Below are positions 1 to 8,500 of a DNA stretch of 64,000 nt, in pieces. The position numbers were made by a program, and so were the translations under genes. The notes below the pieces were generated by a model. It was not told the origin of the DNA, made no database searches, and saw nothing but the letters and a program-made list of their open reading frames with translations. Position 1 is the first letter of the stretch, and each line of letters starts with the position of its first letter. The stretch lies in the IMG/VR virus record IMGVR_UViG_3300011921_000005, positions 4,354 to 68,353 of that record, one strand, 5' to 3'. The DNA is from a virus.

Positions 1-153
1 ATTTTTATATGCCTTAAGTTCTGCATCCCACTTTGTAGTGGACATGCTCACCTTGGAGTTAGCATCTCCTACTCCTAATTCAAGTGTTGATATTTTACAC
101 CCGAAGCATCCTTCTACATATTCTGGGTGTGTCTGCTTTTGATGTAAACTCAT
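1..153 (-). CDS. Partial conserved hypothetical protein (runs off the window start)
   Basis: Hand-translated MSLHQKQTHPEYVEGCFGCKISTLELGVGDA...KWDAELKAY. ATG overlaps the TGA of 150..410. Similar to the C-terminal half of 39500..39979 (PCFGCK...LQLATGDA...KWDKEL). Confidence 0.75.
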   Translation of the reverse strand, partial: MSLHQKQTHPEYVEGCFGCKISTLELGVGDANSKVSMSTTKWDAELKAYKN

Positions 154-410
154 GCTGGTGTGATGTACTCCCCATATCCTTGAGCAGTCAAGGCATCTGC
201 TGTTTCTTGTGTGATTACAGTCTTAGTGCCACCTAGGTAGAACTCACTAGCGTTGGCAATATCAGTTTGTGCAGGGTAACGATATGAGGAATAGATACCG
301 TTAACTCTTAAGACAGAAACTCCTTTAGTCATTTTATAGCGCGAGAATAAAACTCCACCACCCATTGGGGTTTCTTCGACTGTGGGTGTAGTAAAAATGT
401 ACTGAGTCAT
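150..410 (-). CDS. Conserved 86-aa protein downstream of the capsid gene (probably virion/head-associated)
   Basis: Clear homologue of 39979..40239 in the same position; function inferred from position only. Confidence 0.7.
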   Translation of the reverse strand: MTQYIFTTPTVEETPMGGGVLFSRYKMTKGVSVLRVNGIYSSYRYPAQTDIANASEFYLGGTKTVITQETADALTAQGYGEYITPA

Positions 411-429
411 ACTGTCCTATTCTGTTGCA

Positions 430-456
430 GAGGATGGGGCTTTCGCCCCACCCCCC
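430..456 (-). other. GC-rich GNRA (GAAA) tetraloop hairpin after capsid gene X
   Basis: Minus strand GGGGTGGGGC-GAAA-GCCCCATCCT, with no U-tract after it. Confidence 0.6.
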
Positions 457-468
457 GACAACTACTGC

Positions 469-1641
469 TTAGAGAGCAGCGATTGATGAGCCTGATTCGA
501 TGCGGTATAGGGCAGCCTCGCGGTAGCGATTCCATCCGATAACACCGTACCAACCGATTGGGCGGAAGCGCATCAACTTATCGGTAATTGGTCCGATAAC
601 AACTGATGGCTCTTGTGCAACAGCCTCAGCCAATGCCTGCTTTCCAGCAAGGATTGTGTCGAATACGCGGGTTACAGGTGTAACAGTTACAACAGTTGTT
701 GCTGTGACTGCAGCGGTGTTCGCTGTGTCAACAGTAATTGTTGTTGTTGAACCTGATGTTGCGATAGCAGAAATCTTAGCGCCTGTAGCGACACCTGTTC
801 CTGAAATCTTGTCGCCGACCTCTGCACGAGATGCGATGACTGATGTTGAAGCAACACCAAAGGTGAAGCCTGCTGATGTACCAGCAACAGTTACTGCTGT
901 TGTAGCGAGTGCTGTCTGGTCTGCACCTGACTTGCTTGAGAACATGCGTGGGTTTTCAATGAAGAAAGCACCTTCGTATGTACCGATTGAACCTGCGAAG
1001 AGGTTGCCAAGTGATGCATCTGTGTGCTGGTGTGTGTCACGCCAGCCGATGTTTCCTGTCTCAGCACGAAGGTCGTGTGAAACTTCTGGGTGGATACCTG
1101 TCCAGTATAGGCTTCCTGCACGAGGAACAGCCTTGTTTGTGCGCAACTTAGCAACTGCCTTGCGAAGGTTAGCAGATGTGATTGTCATACCTGATGTAAC
1201 TGTCGCTGTTGATGTTGCTGTGCCTGAATAGATAACATTGACACCGTTGACGAGCGCTTGCTGTGCAATGTCGTCAAGTGAGTCTGCCATGTTGTAAGCG
1301 ATGATGTCAGCGATTGCTGGGTCAACATCTGAGAGTGAGAGCAACTCTAACTTACGGGTTGCAAGTGCTGCGTTACCCTGTTCGTTGAGAGTTACTGATA
1401 CTGTAGAAACATCTGGTAGTGCTACTGCATCTACATCTGTTGTTTCTGAAAGAGCAGCAGTTGCTGCAGCCAAGTCATTGTAAAGTGAGAATACAACGCT
1501 TGAACCTGGCATCGCCTGCTGTACTGGGCGCTTGTCCGCTACTGCACGAATCATCGGCGTATCGCGGAGGGCAAATTCTACATAACGGTCATAAGCGGTC
1601 TTGACAAGACCAGCCATGGATGTTGTGTCTGTATATGCCAT
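469..1641 (-). CDS. Major capsid protein, phage X (HK97 fold, N4-gp56/P22-coat-like family)
   Basis: 390 aa; YDRYVEFALR, HPEVSHDLR, GEIG-like GSIGTYEG, PIGWYG motifs; strong GGAGGTG SD; follows the scaffold-like gene; homologue at 40312..41523. Confidence 0.9.
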   Translation of the reverse strand: MAYTDTTSMAGLVKTAYDRYVEFALRDTPMIRAVADKRPVQQAMPGSSVVFSLYNDLAAATAALSETTDVDAVALPDVSTVSVTLNEQGNAALATRKLELLSLSDVDPAIADIIAYNMADSLDDIAQQALVNGVNVIYSGTATSTATVTSGMTITSANLRKAVAKLRTNKAVPRAGSLYWTGIHPEVSHDLRAETGNIGWRDTHQHTDASLGNLFAGSIGTYEGAFFIENPRMFSSKSGADQTALATTAVTVAGTSAGFTFGVASTSVIASRAEVGDKISGTGVATGAKISAIATSGSTTTITVDTANTAAVTATTVVTVTPVTRVFDTILAGKQALAEAVAQEPSVVIGPITDKLMRFRPIGWYGVIGWNRYREAALYRIESGSSIAAL

Positions 1642-1682
1642 GTGGGTTCACCTCCTGGTGATTGGTTAGTTGGTTGGGTTAA

Positions 1683-2135
1683 TTACAAACCAAGGAGTGC
1701 ATCTAGTTCATCGCGTGACTTTGCTTGAAGAACTCTCGACATAGAATCTTGGTCAAGGCTTGGAGCCTGACCAGTAGCAACCATGTTGTTAATTCTTGCT
1801 TGAGCAGTCACATCTTGAGACTGTTGTGTTGGCTGAGATTCAGCCTGGGTTGTCGCTCCAAATACATCGCCATACTCTGTAATCCATTGGTTGATTGCTT
1901 CTTCCGAAGTATCAATATCCTGTGGTACAAAGGCTGCAATCTTTGGATTCAATCCCTTTGCTTGTAGCACATCCTTGACAGTACGCTGACGGGTCTGTGA
2001 CTTAAGACCTAACAACTCCTGTTCTAGTTCCTTTGCACGCTTTTCAAGCGCACGGTTTACTTTGCGGAGTTGATTGATGCCAGTATCTGTACTGGTGTCA
2101 TCATCTTCGTCATCGTATTCATAGTTGGTAGCCAT
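1683..2135 (-). CDS. Putative capsid scaffolding protein, phage X
   Basis: Acidic N-terminus, coiled coil (QLRKVNRALEKRAKELEQEL), directly upstream of MCP; homologue 41563..42042. Confidence 0.75.
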   Translation of the reverse strand: MATNYEYDDEDDDTSTDTGINQLRKVNRALEKRAKELEQELLGLKSQTRQRTVKDVLQAKGLNPKIAAFVPQDIDTSEEAINQWITEYGDVFGATTQAESQPTQQSQDVTAQARINNMVATGQAPSLDQDSMSRVLQAKSRDELDALLGL

Positions 2136-2152
2136 CTACCTATCTCCCTTTG

Positions 2153-2253
2153 TTAGTTGTATTCGCAATCCACAATGCAGTTCGGGGAAACTACCTTGGC
2201 TATTGCTCCCAGTCTTATACGCCCCCCTGGGCTGGTCGGTCAGGGTGGGGATT
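2153..2253 (-). ncRNA. Conserved structured RNA element upstream of the scaffold gene (copy X)
   Basis: Invariant loops ACCGACCAGCC, AGACTGGGAG and TTTCCCCGAA shared with 42066..42164; stems differ in sequence but still pair. Confidence 0.75.
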
Positions 2254-2256
2254 CTT

Positions 2257-3672
2257 TTATACTAAGTCGGTGGACTTAAGCGATGTGCTTGTCACACCTG
2301 AACGCCCGCCGAAGCGAGTAATAACTTCTCGCTCAGCACGCTTCTGTGAAGCAAGTTGGTTCTCTATATCGCGACCAACGACACCTCTAATTGCCTCAAG
2401 GTCTGAGTATTGCTGACCTTCGATACGAGCCAATCGGCTTTGCTGGTCTGATAGAAGTTTGGCTTGCTCAAAGGATTGTTGGATTGTCTGGTAGTCCTGT
2501 TCTCCAACAGCACCACGAAGTTCCTCGGCAACTGGCATAGATACTGCGGACTTAAATCCTGCAGCCAAACCAGCAGCACCAATCTCAGCAAGGCGAACCT
2601 GCTTCTTAATAACATCCATACCCTTTGTAGGATTCAATAGGTATGCAGTCAATGCGTTGTTATCTACCTCTGGGTAGAAAGTCTTGAACTGTTTAACAAC
2701 ATCTGGATTATCCTTGACACGAGTTGCAGCAAGGTTGACTCGCTCCTCAAACTCACGAGGACTAACCAGATTAGCAATGTAAGTACCAAGTTCTTTACGG
2801 GTTCCAAGGACTTCTGGCTCCAATCCATAGGCTGCAAGGGTCTGTAAGTAACCCTTCTCCATTGAGATATATGTAGCCTCTGACACAGCCTGACCTGCAG
2901 CACGGAGTGCTTCCATGCCAGGGAATCGCAACTTGTATGCGTTAGTCTTAGGTAGTTCAAACTTAATCTGTGAAACTGTGTAGTCGTTTCTAATCAATTC
3001 ATCTACGGCATCAGCCAAATCGCCAAGCCCAAACTCTGCAAGAGTTGCACGGAACTCCTGTTGCGCTGTACGCCTTTGTGCTACTACTGCTTCTGCCTTA
3101 GCCTTATCTGTTGCAGCCTGTTGTGCTGCTGCTAAGTCTGTAGTCTTTTTGGTTGACCAAGTTGAAACAAAAGCACTTAGTTCTGCTTGTGAGTTAAATG
3201 TTCTAACGGCTCCAGTATCAGGGTCAGTCCATGTAAAGGTTTGCGCTCCACCTGTTGAGCCTGTTCCACCAGTACCACCTGTGCTACCGCCGAAACCACC
3301 GCCGTTGCTAAAGTTTACTCTTGCCCAGGTTCTGTTTCTTTCTTGCCAGACCCAACGATTGCCTGGTCCTGGGTCCTCTGTAGGCTTGTTAGCAAATGCA
3401 GCATCACGAGCAGCACGGTCTGCATTTTGTGCAGTAAGAACATCACCAAGTTTTGTACCAACTTCTGCTGTAATACCACTACGGCTGCTTGTTACAGTTG
3501 TGGGTGTAGCAGCAGGCGCAGGAGTAGGTGTTGTAGCACCAAACATTGGGTTGCCAGAGCCGTAAGTAAAGTTTGATGTTGGGGCTGGAGACATGCCAAG
3601 GAGTTTGCGCTCTTCGTTAGTAAGTGTCTGACCACTTGTTAATTTGCGTAAAGCATCTGATGCATTAGCCAT
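2257..3672 (-). CDS. Putative internal virion/ejection protein
   Basis: 471 aa; low-complexity N-terminal half; C-terminal domain (YKLRFPG...SEATY...LAEIGAA) homologous to 42169..43614; lies between portal and scaffold genes. Confidence 0.6.
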   Translation of the reverse strand: MANASDALRKLTSGQTLTNEERKLLGMSPAPTSNFTYGSGNPMFGATTPTPAPAATPTTVTSSRSGITAEVGTKLGDVLTAQNADRAARDAAFANKPTEDPGPGNRWVWQERNRTWARVNFSNGGGFGGSTGGTGGTGSTGGAQTFTWTDPDTGAVRTFNSQAELSAFVSTWSTKKTTDLAAAQQAATDKAKAEAVVAQRRTAQQEFRATLAEFGLGDLADAVDELIRNDYTVSQIKFELPKTNAYKLRFPGMEALRAAGQAVSEATYISMEKGYLQTLAAYGLEPEVLGTRKELGTYIANLVSPREFEERVNLAATRVKDNPDVVKQFKTFYPEVDNNALTAYLLNPTKGMDVIKKQVRLAEIGAAGLAAGFKSAVSMPVAEELRGAVGEQDYQTIQQSFEQAKLLSDQQSRLARIEGQQYSDLEAIRGVVGRDIENQLASQKRAEREVITRFGGRSGVTSTSLKSTDLV

Positions 3673-3674
3673 GA

Positions 3675-5144
3675 TTACCCCATAAATCCAAACATCTTAG
3701 CAATATCAAGTGCTGTATTGCTGTATGTTTCTTTAGCGTTGCGTGTGACTTGCCATAGTGGGTCTTGCTTAAGTTGCTTGGTGAAGTCTGCAAAGGTGCG
3801 AGCATTGCCAGAGTTACCGTCAATAACTTTACCCATAAGGTCGTTCCATGTAATGGCAGTTGAATCAACCTCAAGGAGGCTAGCCATTTGCTGACGATAA
3901 CTATTTGTTACCTCGTAAAGGTTGCGACCTTGCTGTAGTGCAGGCAAGAAAGGCTTGTTCTGTGGTGCATCATAAGCCATATCTTTTACTGATTTAATCC
4001 AGTAGTTAACATCGCGACCATCCATAGGGTCAAGCAATGATGTATTAATAGTCTGCTTCATAGTTGCATCTAGTGGCACGCCATAAAGGAAAGCCTGTTG
4101 TGCAACGCGGTCATAGTAGGAACCAAGGGTTCCACCACCAGAAAAGATAATGTTGCCCTGTGTAGAAAGGTAGTTCTCTAACTGGTCATCATCCCAGCCG
4201 TTCTCAATCGCCTTCATAGCGATACCTTTGAGGTACTCTGAGTTGTCAGTTACCTTGCCAGTAGTAGGGTCAATCTGCCTGACTTGAATACCCAATGTCT
4301 CCAACTTACCAAGAGTTGAGTCCATGGTGTTACGCATCTTCTCGGCAAATGTTGAGGCGTTGCGCTTGTCATGTGTATCAAGAAAGAATTGGCGCATGCT
4401 TGGAAGGGTTGTCTGCCACCATACGGTGCCTTCAAGGGCATCCATAAAGGTATCTTCATCCCACTTCTCAGACTTAGCACGGGCAAGAAGCCCATCAATC
4501 TCAGCCTTCTGAGTCTTGTCCTCAAGTGTTGCAAAGGTTGAACGAAGGTATGAAGTCCATAAATCTTTAATGTCCTGACCACCGCCCCCAGCAGGTGGGG
4601 TTTGGTCGCCTTTAACTCCAGAAGGTTTCTTATCTGGCTTAGGTGTTTCAGTTACAAGAATACCGTTTTCATACTTCTTATTCTTGTAGGTTCCAGTATA
4701 GTTTTCACCATCAAGCGTCAATGGCTTGTCTTTTGTTCCACTTCCTAAGTAACCCTTAGCGCCATCTTTAGTCTTATCTTCTAATGTAAAACCAGGTAGT
4801 GGCTTGCCATTTGCATCTTTAGGTTGCACACCAGCATCAATCATGTCTTGTGCAATCTCGTCAGCCTTAGCCTTATCACCTGTGGCTAGAGCAACATCTA
4901 AATCACCCTGTAATGGTTCTGCACCTTTTGCTTTTTTAGTAGCCTTTTGCTCCTCAAGGAAACGCTTTTCTGCACGCTTTAATTTATCGTAATTAGCCTG
5001 AGCATCTTGTAACTGCTTGAGCAAAGCGCGGTATTCAGGAGTATTTGTCTTACCATCTCTAGCAAGTTTTTGAATTGCTGGCTTAAGAACATTAAGCCCA
5101 GCAAAGGCTTGGCGAATACGAACGGAGTATTTATTTTCAGCCAT
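3675..5144 (-). CDS. Putative internal virion/ejection protein
   Basis: 489 aa; C-terminus (LKQDPLWQVTRNAKE...FG) matches the end of 43614..45128. Confidence 0.6.
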   Translation of the reverse strand: MAENKYSVRIRQAFAGLNVLKPAIQKLARDGKTNTPEYRALLKQLQDAQANYDKLKRAEKRFLEEQKATKKAKGAEPLQGDLDVALATGDKAKADEIAQDMIDAGVQPKDANGKPLPGFTLEDKTKDGAKGYLGSGTKDKPLTLDGENYTGTYKNKKYENGILVTETPKPDKKPSGVKGDQTPPAGGGGQDIKDLWTSYLRSTFATLEDKTQKAEIDGLLARAKSEKWDEDTFMDALEGTVWWQTTLPSMRQFFLDTHDKRNASTFAEKMRNTMDSTLGKLETLGIQVRQIDPTTGKVTDNSEYLKGIAMKAIENGWDDDQLENYLSTQGNIIFSGGGTLGSYYDRVAQQAFLYGVPLDATMKQTINTSLLDPMDGRDVNYWIKSVKDMAYDAPQNKPFLPALQQGRNLYEVTNSYRQQMASLLEVDSTAITWNDLMGKVIDGNSGNARTFADFTKQLKQDPLWQVTRNAKETYSNTALDIAKMFGFMG

Positions 5145-5536
5145 TACGCCTGTGCCTTTCTAACATCTTCTGCAATACGGTTATAGATAGCATCCATGTA
5201 CTTGTTCTCTTCACGGATGACGAACTCATCGCCACCTTGCACTAGGTCAACGATTGCTTGCTGACGACCAGAGGCATCTGTGTCTGCAGACTGGCTAAGA
5301 AAGACATTGATTGCCTTAGACTTCTCAGCACCCATAGCATTACGCCCAAGGAGTTGCTGGTAAACAGATTGGACATAGGTTGCTGCATCTTGTGTGGTGA
5401 ACTTAGGACCAGAGACATCTCCACTTTGTGGTGCATTTGCTATAAGGTCAGCCAAGTTAATGCTGGTAGTTTTTGCGCCTGTACCTGCAGGTGTACCTGA
5501 CTTAGTTCCAGGCTTCTTGTTTTCTTCTTTAGCCAA
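5144..5536 (-). CDS. Hypothetical protein of the internal-virion gene cluster
   Basis: 130-aa ORF abutting both neighbours. Confidence 0.6.
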   Translation of the reverse strand: MAKEENKKPGTKSGTPAGTGAKTTSINLADLIANAPQSGDVSGPKFTTQDAATYVQSVYQQLLGRNAMGAEKSKAINVFLSQSADTDASGRQQAIVDLVQGGDEFVIREENKYMDAIYNRIAEDVRKAQA

Positions 5537-8500
5537 TTACACCACCACCGTATCATTTATGAAATAACGATTTAAGAACTCTTCAAACTCTGGGCTTTCG
5601 GCAACGAGTTGTGTGCGTACTTGGTCAAGTACATACACGATGTCACCATTGCTTTTAGCGCTAAGGGAGCGAGAACCGCCTGCCTTTTCACGCTGTTCTA
5701 GCAATGAAGCAAGTTGCTTACGAGCATCAAGATAGACAGCCATAGCCTTAACTACTGGGCGATTGCCGTTCTGTGACATCCATGCCTTGTCAGTCAGAGC
5801 CTTCTCAAGTACCTGCGCACGGCGCTCATACTTGCCTCTATCTGGAGAGATAAAGTCTGAGTACCAATCAAGGTTTTCTTTTGCCTGTTGGCGTAACCAG
5901 AATCGCTTAGCGTTATTGATTGCATCCATGGCTGAGTCATTATCAGAGACGATACCGTTCTGAATCTTATAGGTATTAATCTGACCCATAAGCGAGTTGA
6001 ACTGTGTCCAACCACGCTTGATGTTTGCATCGCGCAATAGTTCCTCAGGGCTACGATTCTGGCGGTAAGTATTCTTTGAGCCAGGGTATGCACCTTCACG
6101 ATACTGCCATTGGTACGCAGCCTGGCTAAATGTGTACTGACCATCAAAGTCGTTAGCAAGGAATCCAATAAGTTCAGGGTTGTCTGATGCCTCGGCAGCA
6201 GCCATAAGCCCCTGATGCTTTCTTAAGTTACGAACAGTATCAATGTTTGCTTCTAGTCCACCAGGTGACTTAGAAAGGCTAATAGTTGCCTCAAAGTAAT
6301 CTGGGTACATCTCAAGGAACTTAGCCTCTGCTTCGCCTGGTCCGTACTGTGTAAGGAACTGGCGGTATGTAGCCTGATAGAAGTCCATCTCTGGGCTGAT
6401 TGCAATAGGCAATGAGATTGAACCTAACGCACGGAGCATGAAGAACTTGTTTGTCTTGTCCTCAATCTCCTTGAGAGTAGGCTGGTCAACACGCTTACCG
6501 CTGTTAAAGTTGTAACTTTCGTAGCGAAGCATCTGATTAAATGTACGCACATACAGTTCATCCTGTGACCACATTGTGGACAAACGGCGGAGTGCTGCAG
6601 GTGTGAACAAGTCAGAAACCTTTTGTGGCTGTCCTGCTGGGAACAAAGGTCTAAACGCTTCTTCTAGTTCAGGGCGACCACGAACAATCAAGTATGTTGG
6701 AAGGACTGCGTATGGACCAAATCCTGGGTTTCCAGGCTGACCCTGAGTAATCACATCAAGAGATGAAAGCGGGATGCTAACACTCTTAAATGCGTTCTCT
6801 GCTACCTCTTGCCATCCCTTAGGGAGTGACTTGATAAATCCTTCTGGAACCTGTACTACAAGGTTAGCCATGCCATCTTCTGACAACTTCTTAGCATCTG
6901 TAATGCGGTTGCCATCCTGGTCAACAACCATCTGACCATTTACCAACTGAGCGATAGTACGACCAGCGGTTGCTACAGCCTGTGGGTTCTCGGCAATGAT
7001 GCCAGACCAACGCTTCATAGTATTTTCATAGGCTGCAAAGAACGGGAACATCAACTGCATTACTTGGCTAGATGATGCACGGCTACGGCGAACAATCGTA
7101 AAAAGTGTGCGCTCAACTTCACGGCGTGATTCTTCACGAGCGCCACGGATAGCACGCTCAATCTCTTCGCCAGTTAGTTTGTCTGAGCCTTTGCCCGCAG
7201 CCAACTGCTCAAGGTTAATCTTAACTCGCTTGTTATATGTAGCCCTTGCAAGTGGGTGACGAGCAAATACATCTTCTGGTAGCGCACCAAGGAAGCGCAT
7301 AACACGGCGGTTAAAGGTATCAATCAGGCGTTCTTGGTCGCGGTATTCTTTAGATGTAGTTACAAGCAATCCGTTAATCTCTGGGAGATTCTCTGGGTTG
7401 CCACTAAATCTATCGCGTAACCAATTCTGGATGTCTCCACCTGAGATAACCTTGCCATCTTCTTTGACTCGGCTAAGGACAAGCGCTGTTTCCTCGTCTG
7501 GGATGTAAGTCTTTACAGCGCCACGAGTAATGTTAATCTTCTCAAGCAAGTCCTCATCTAGTTCGCCACCCTTAAGGGCAGTAAATCCAAACGCTTGCTT
7601 AGGTGTTGTGTATGTATCGTTAGCATACTTGCGACCCTCAAAGGAGCGAGTAAACCAACGAAGCAAATCTTCATCAGTTTGCCCGTCAAGAATCTTGCGA
7701 ACAACTGGGTCCATGATTCCTGTTTCAGGGTCACGGAAGTGCATGTTAAGGATATTTGCCCAGCCCTCGAAATAGCGTGGGTCATTTGGCTTCATTGATG
7801 AAACTGTACGAGCGCCAATTCCTGCACTAAATGCCATCTCCTGCGTACCAACCATGGCGTTCCAGGTATCCTCGGCTGAGGTGCGACCCATAAACCATGA
7901 TGCATCTTGGAAAACTTCTGGGATGTTGTAGTTGTAACCGCCAGCATCAATGTCCATGTAGCCGTAACCTGTGCGCTGTTTAATTGCATTAGATTCAGCA
8001 CGAGTAATAGCAGCGCCAAGGCGCTCAGACATATCATCAAGATGTGCATGTGACATTGTGTAGATACGAGCAAGGTTTTCAGCAGCATCTGCAACACCAT
8101 TGTTAATCATGGCGTTTACATTGTCCTTGTTATAGTAAGGAGATACTGGTGCATCTGGTCTGCGCTTAGCCTTGCGTGCTGCACGAAGTGCCTCACGGCG
8201 TTCCTTGCTAGTCATCATCTTAGCCTGGAAATCTGTAGCAACTTCCCAGTCTAGTGCTTCACCTTGCTTAGCCATCAGGGTTTTAATCTTTGAATCTACT
8301 TCGCGGATGCGACCCTTTTTACTGACAGCCTCTGGCAATACGATGTATGACAATCCACCTGCACGCTTGTCATCAAGGACAGCAGCGCTACCGTATCCGT
8401 TGTCACGGAGGTACTGGAAGATTGGAGATTTCTGGTCTTGCCAACCTTTTTTCTTTAACCAAGTGTTGTACTCGGAAGCCTTGTTATTAAATATAGCGCG

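Noticed and set aside
656-1231. 191-aa plus-strand ORF opposite the capsid gene (similar ORFs at 40499, 43211, 35612, 35894, 29776)
   Set aside because: Antisense shadows of Ala/Thr/Ser/Pro-rich genes; no RBS and low-complexity translations.
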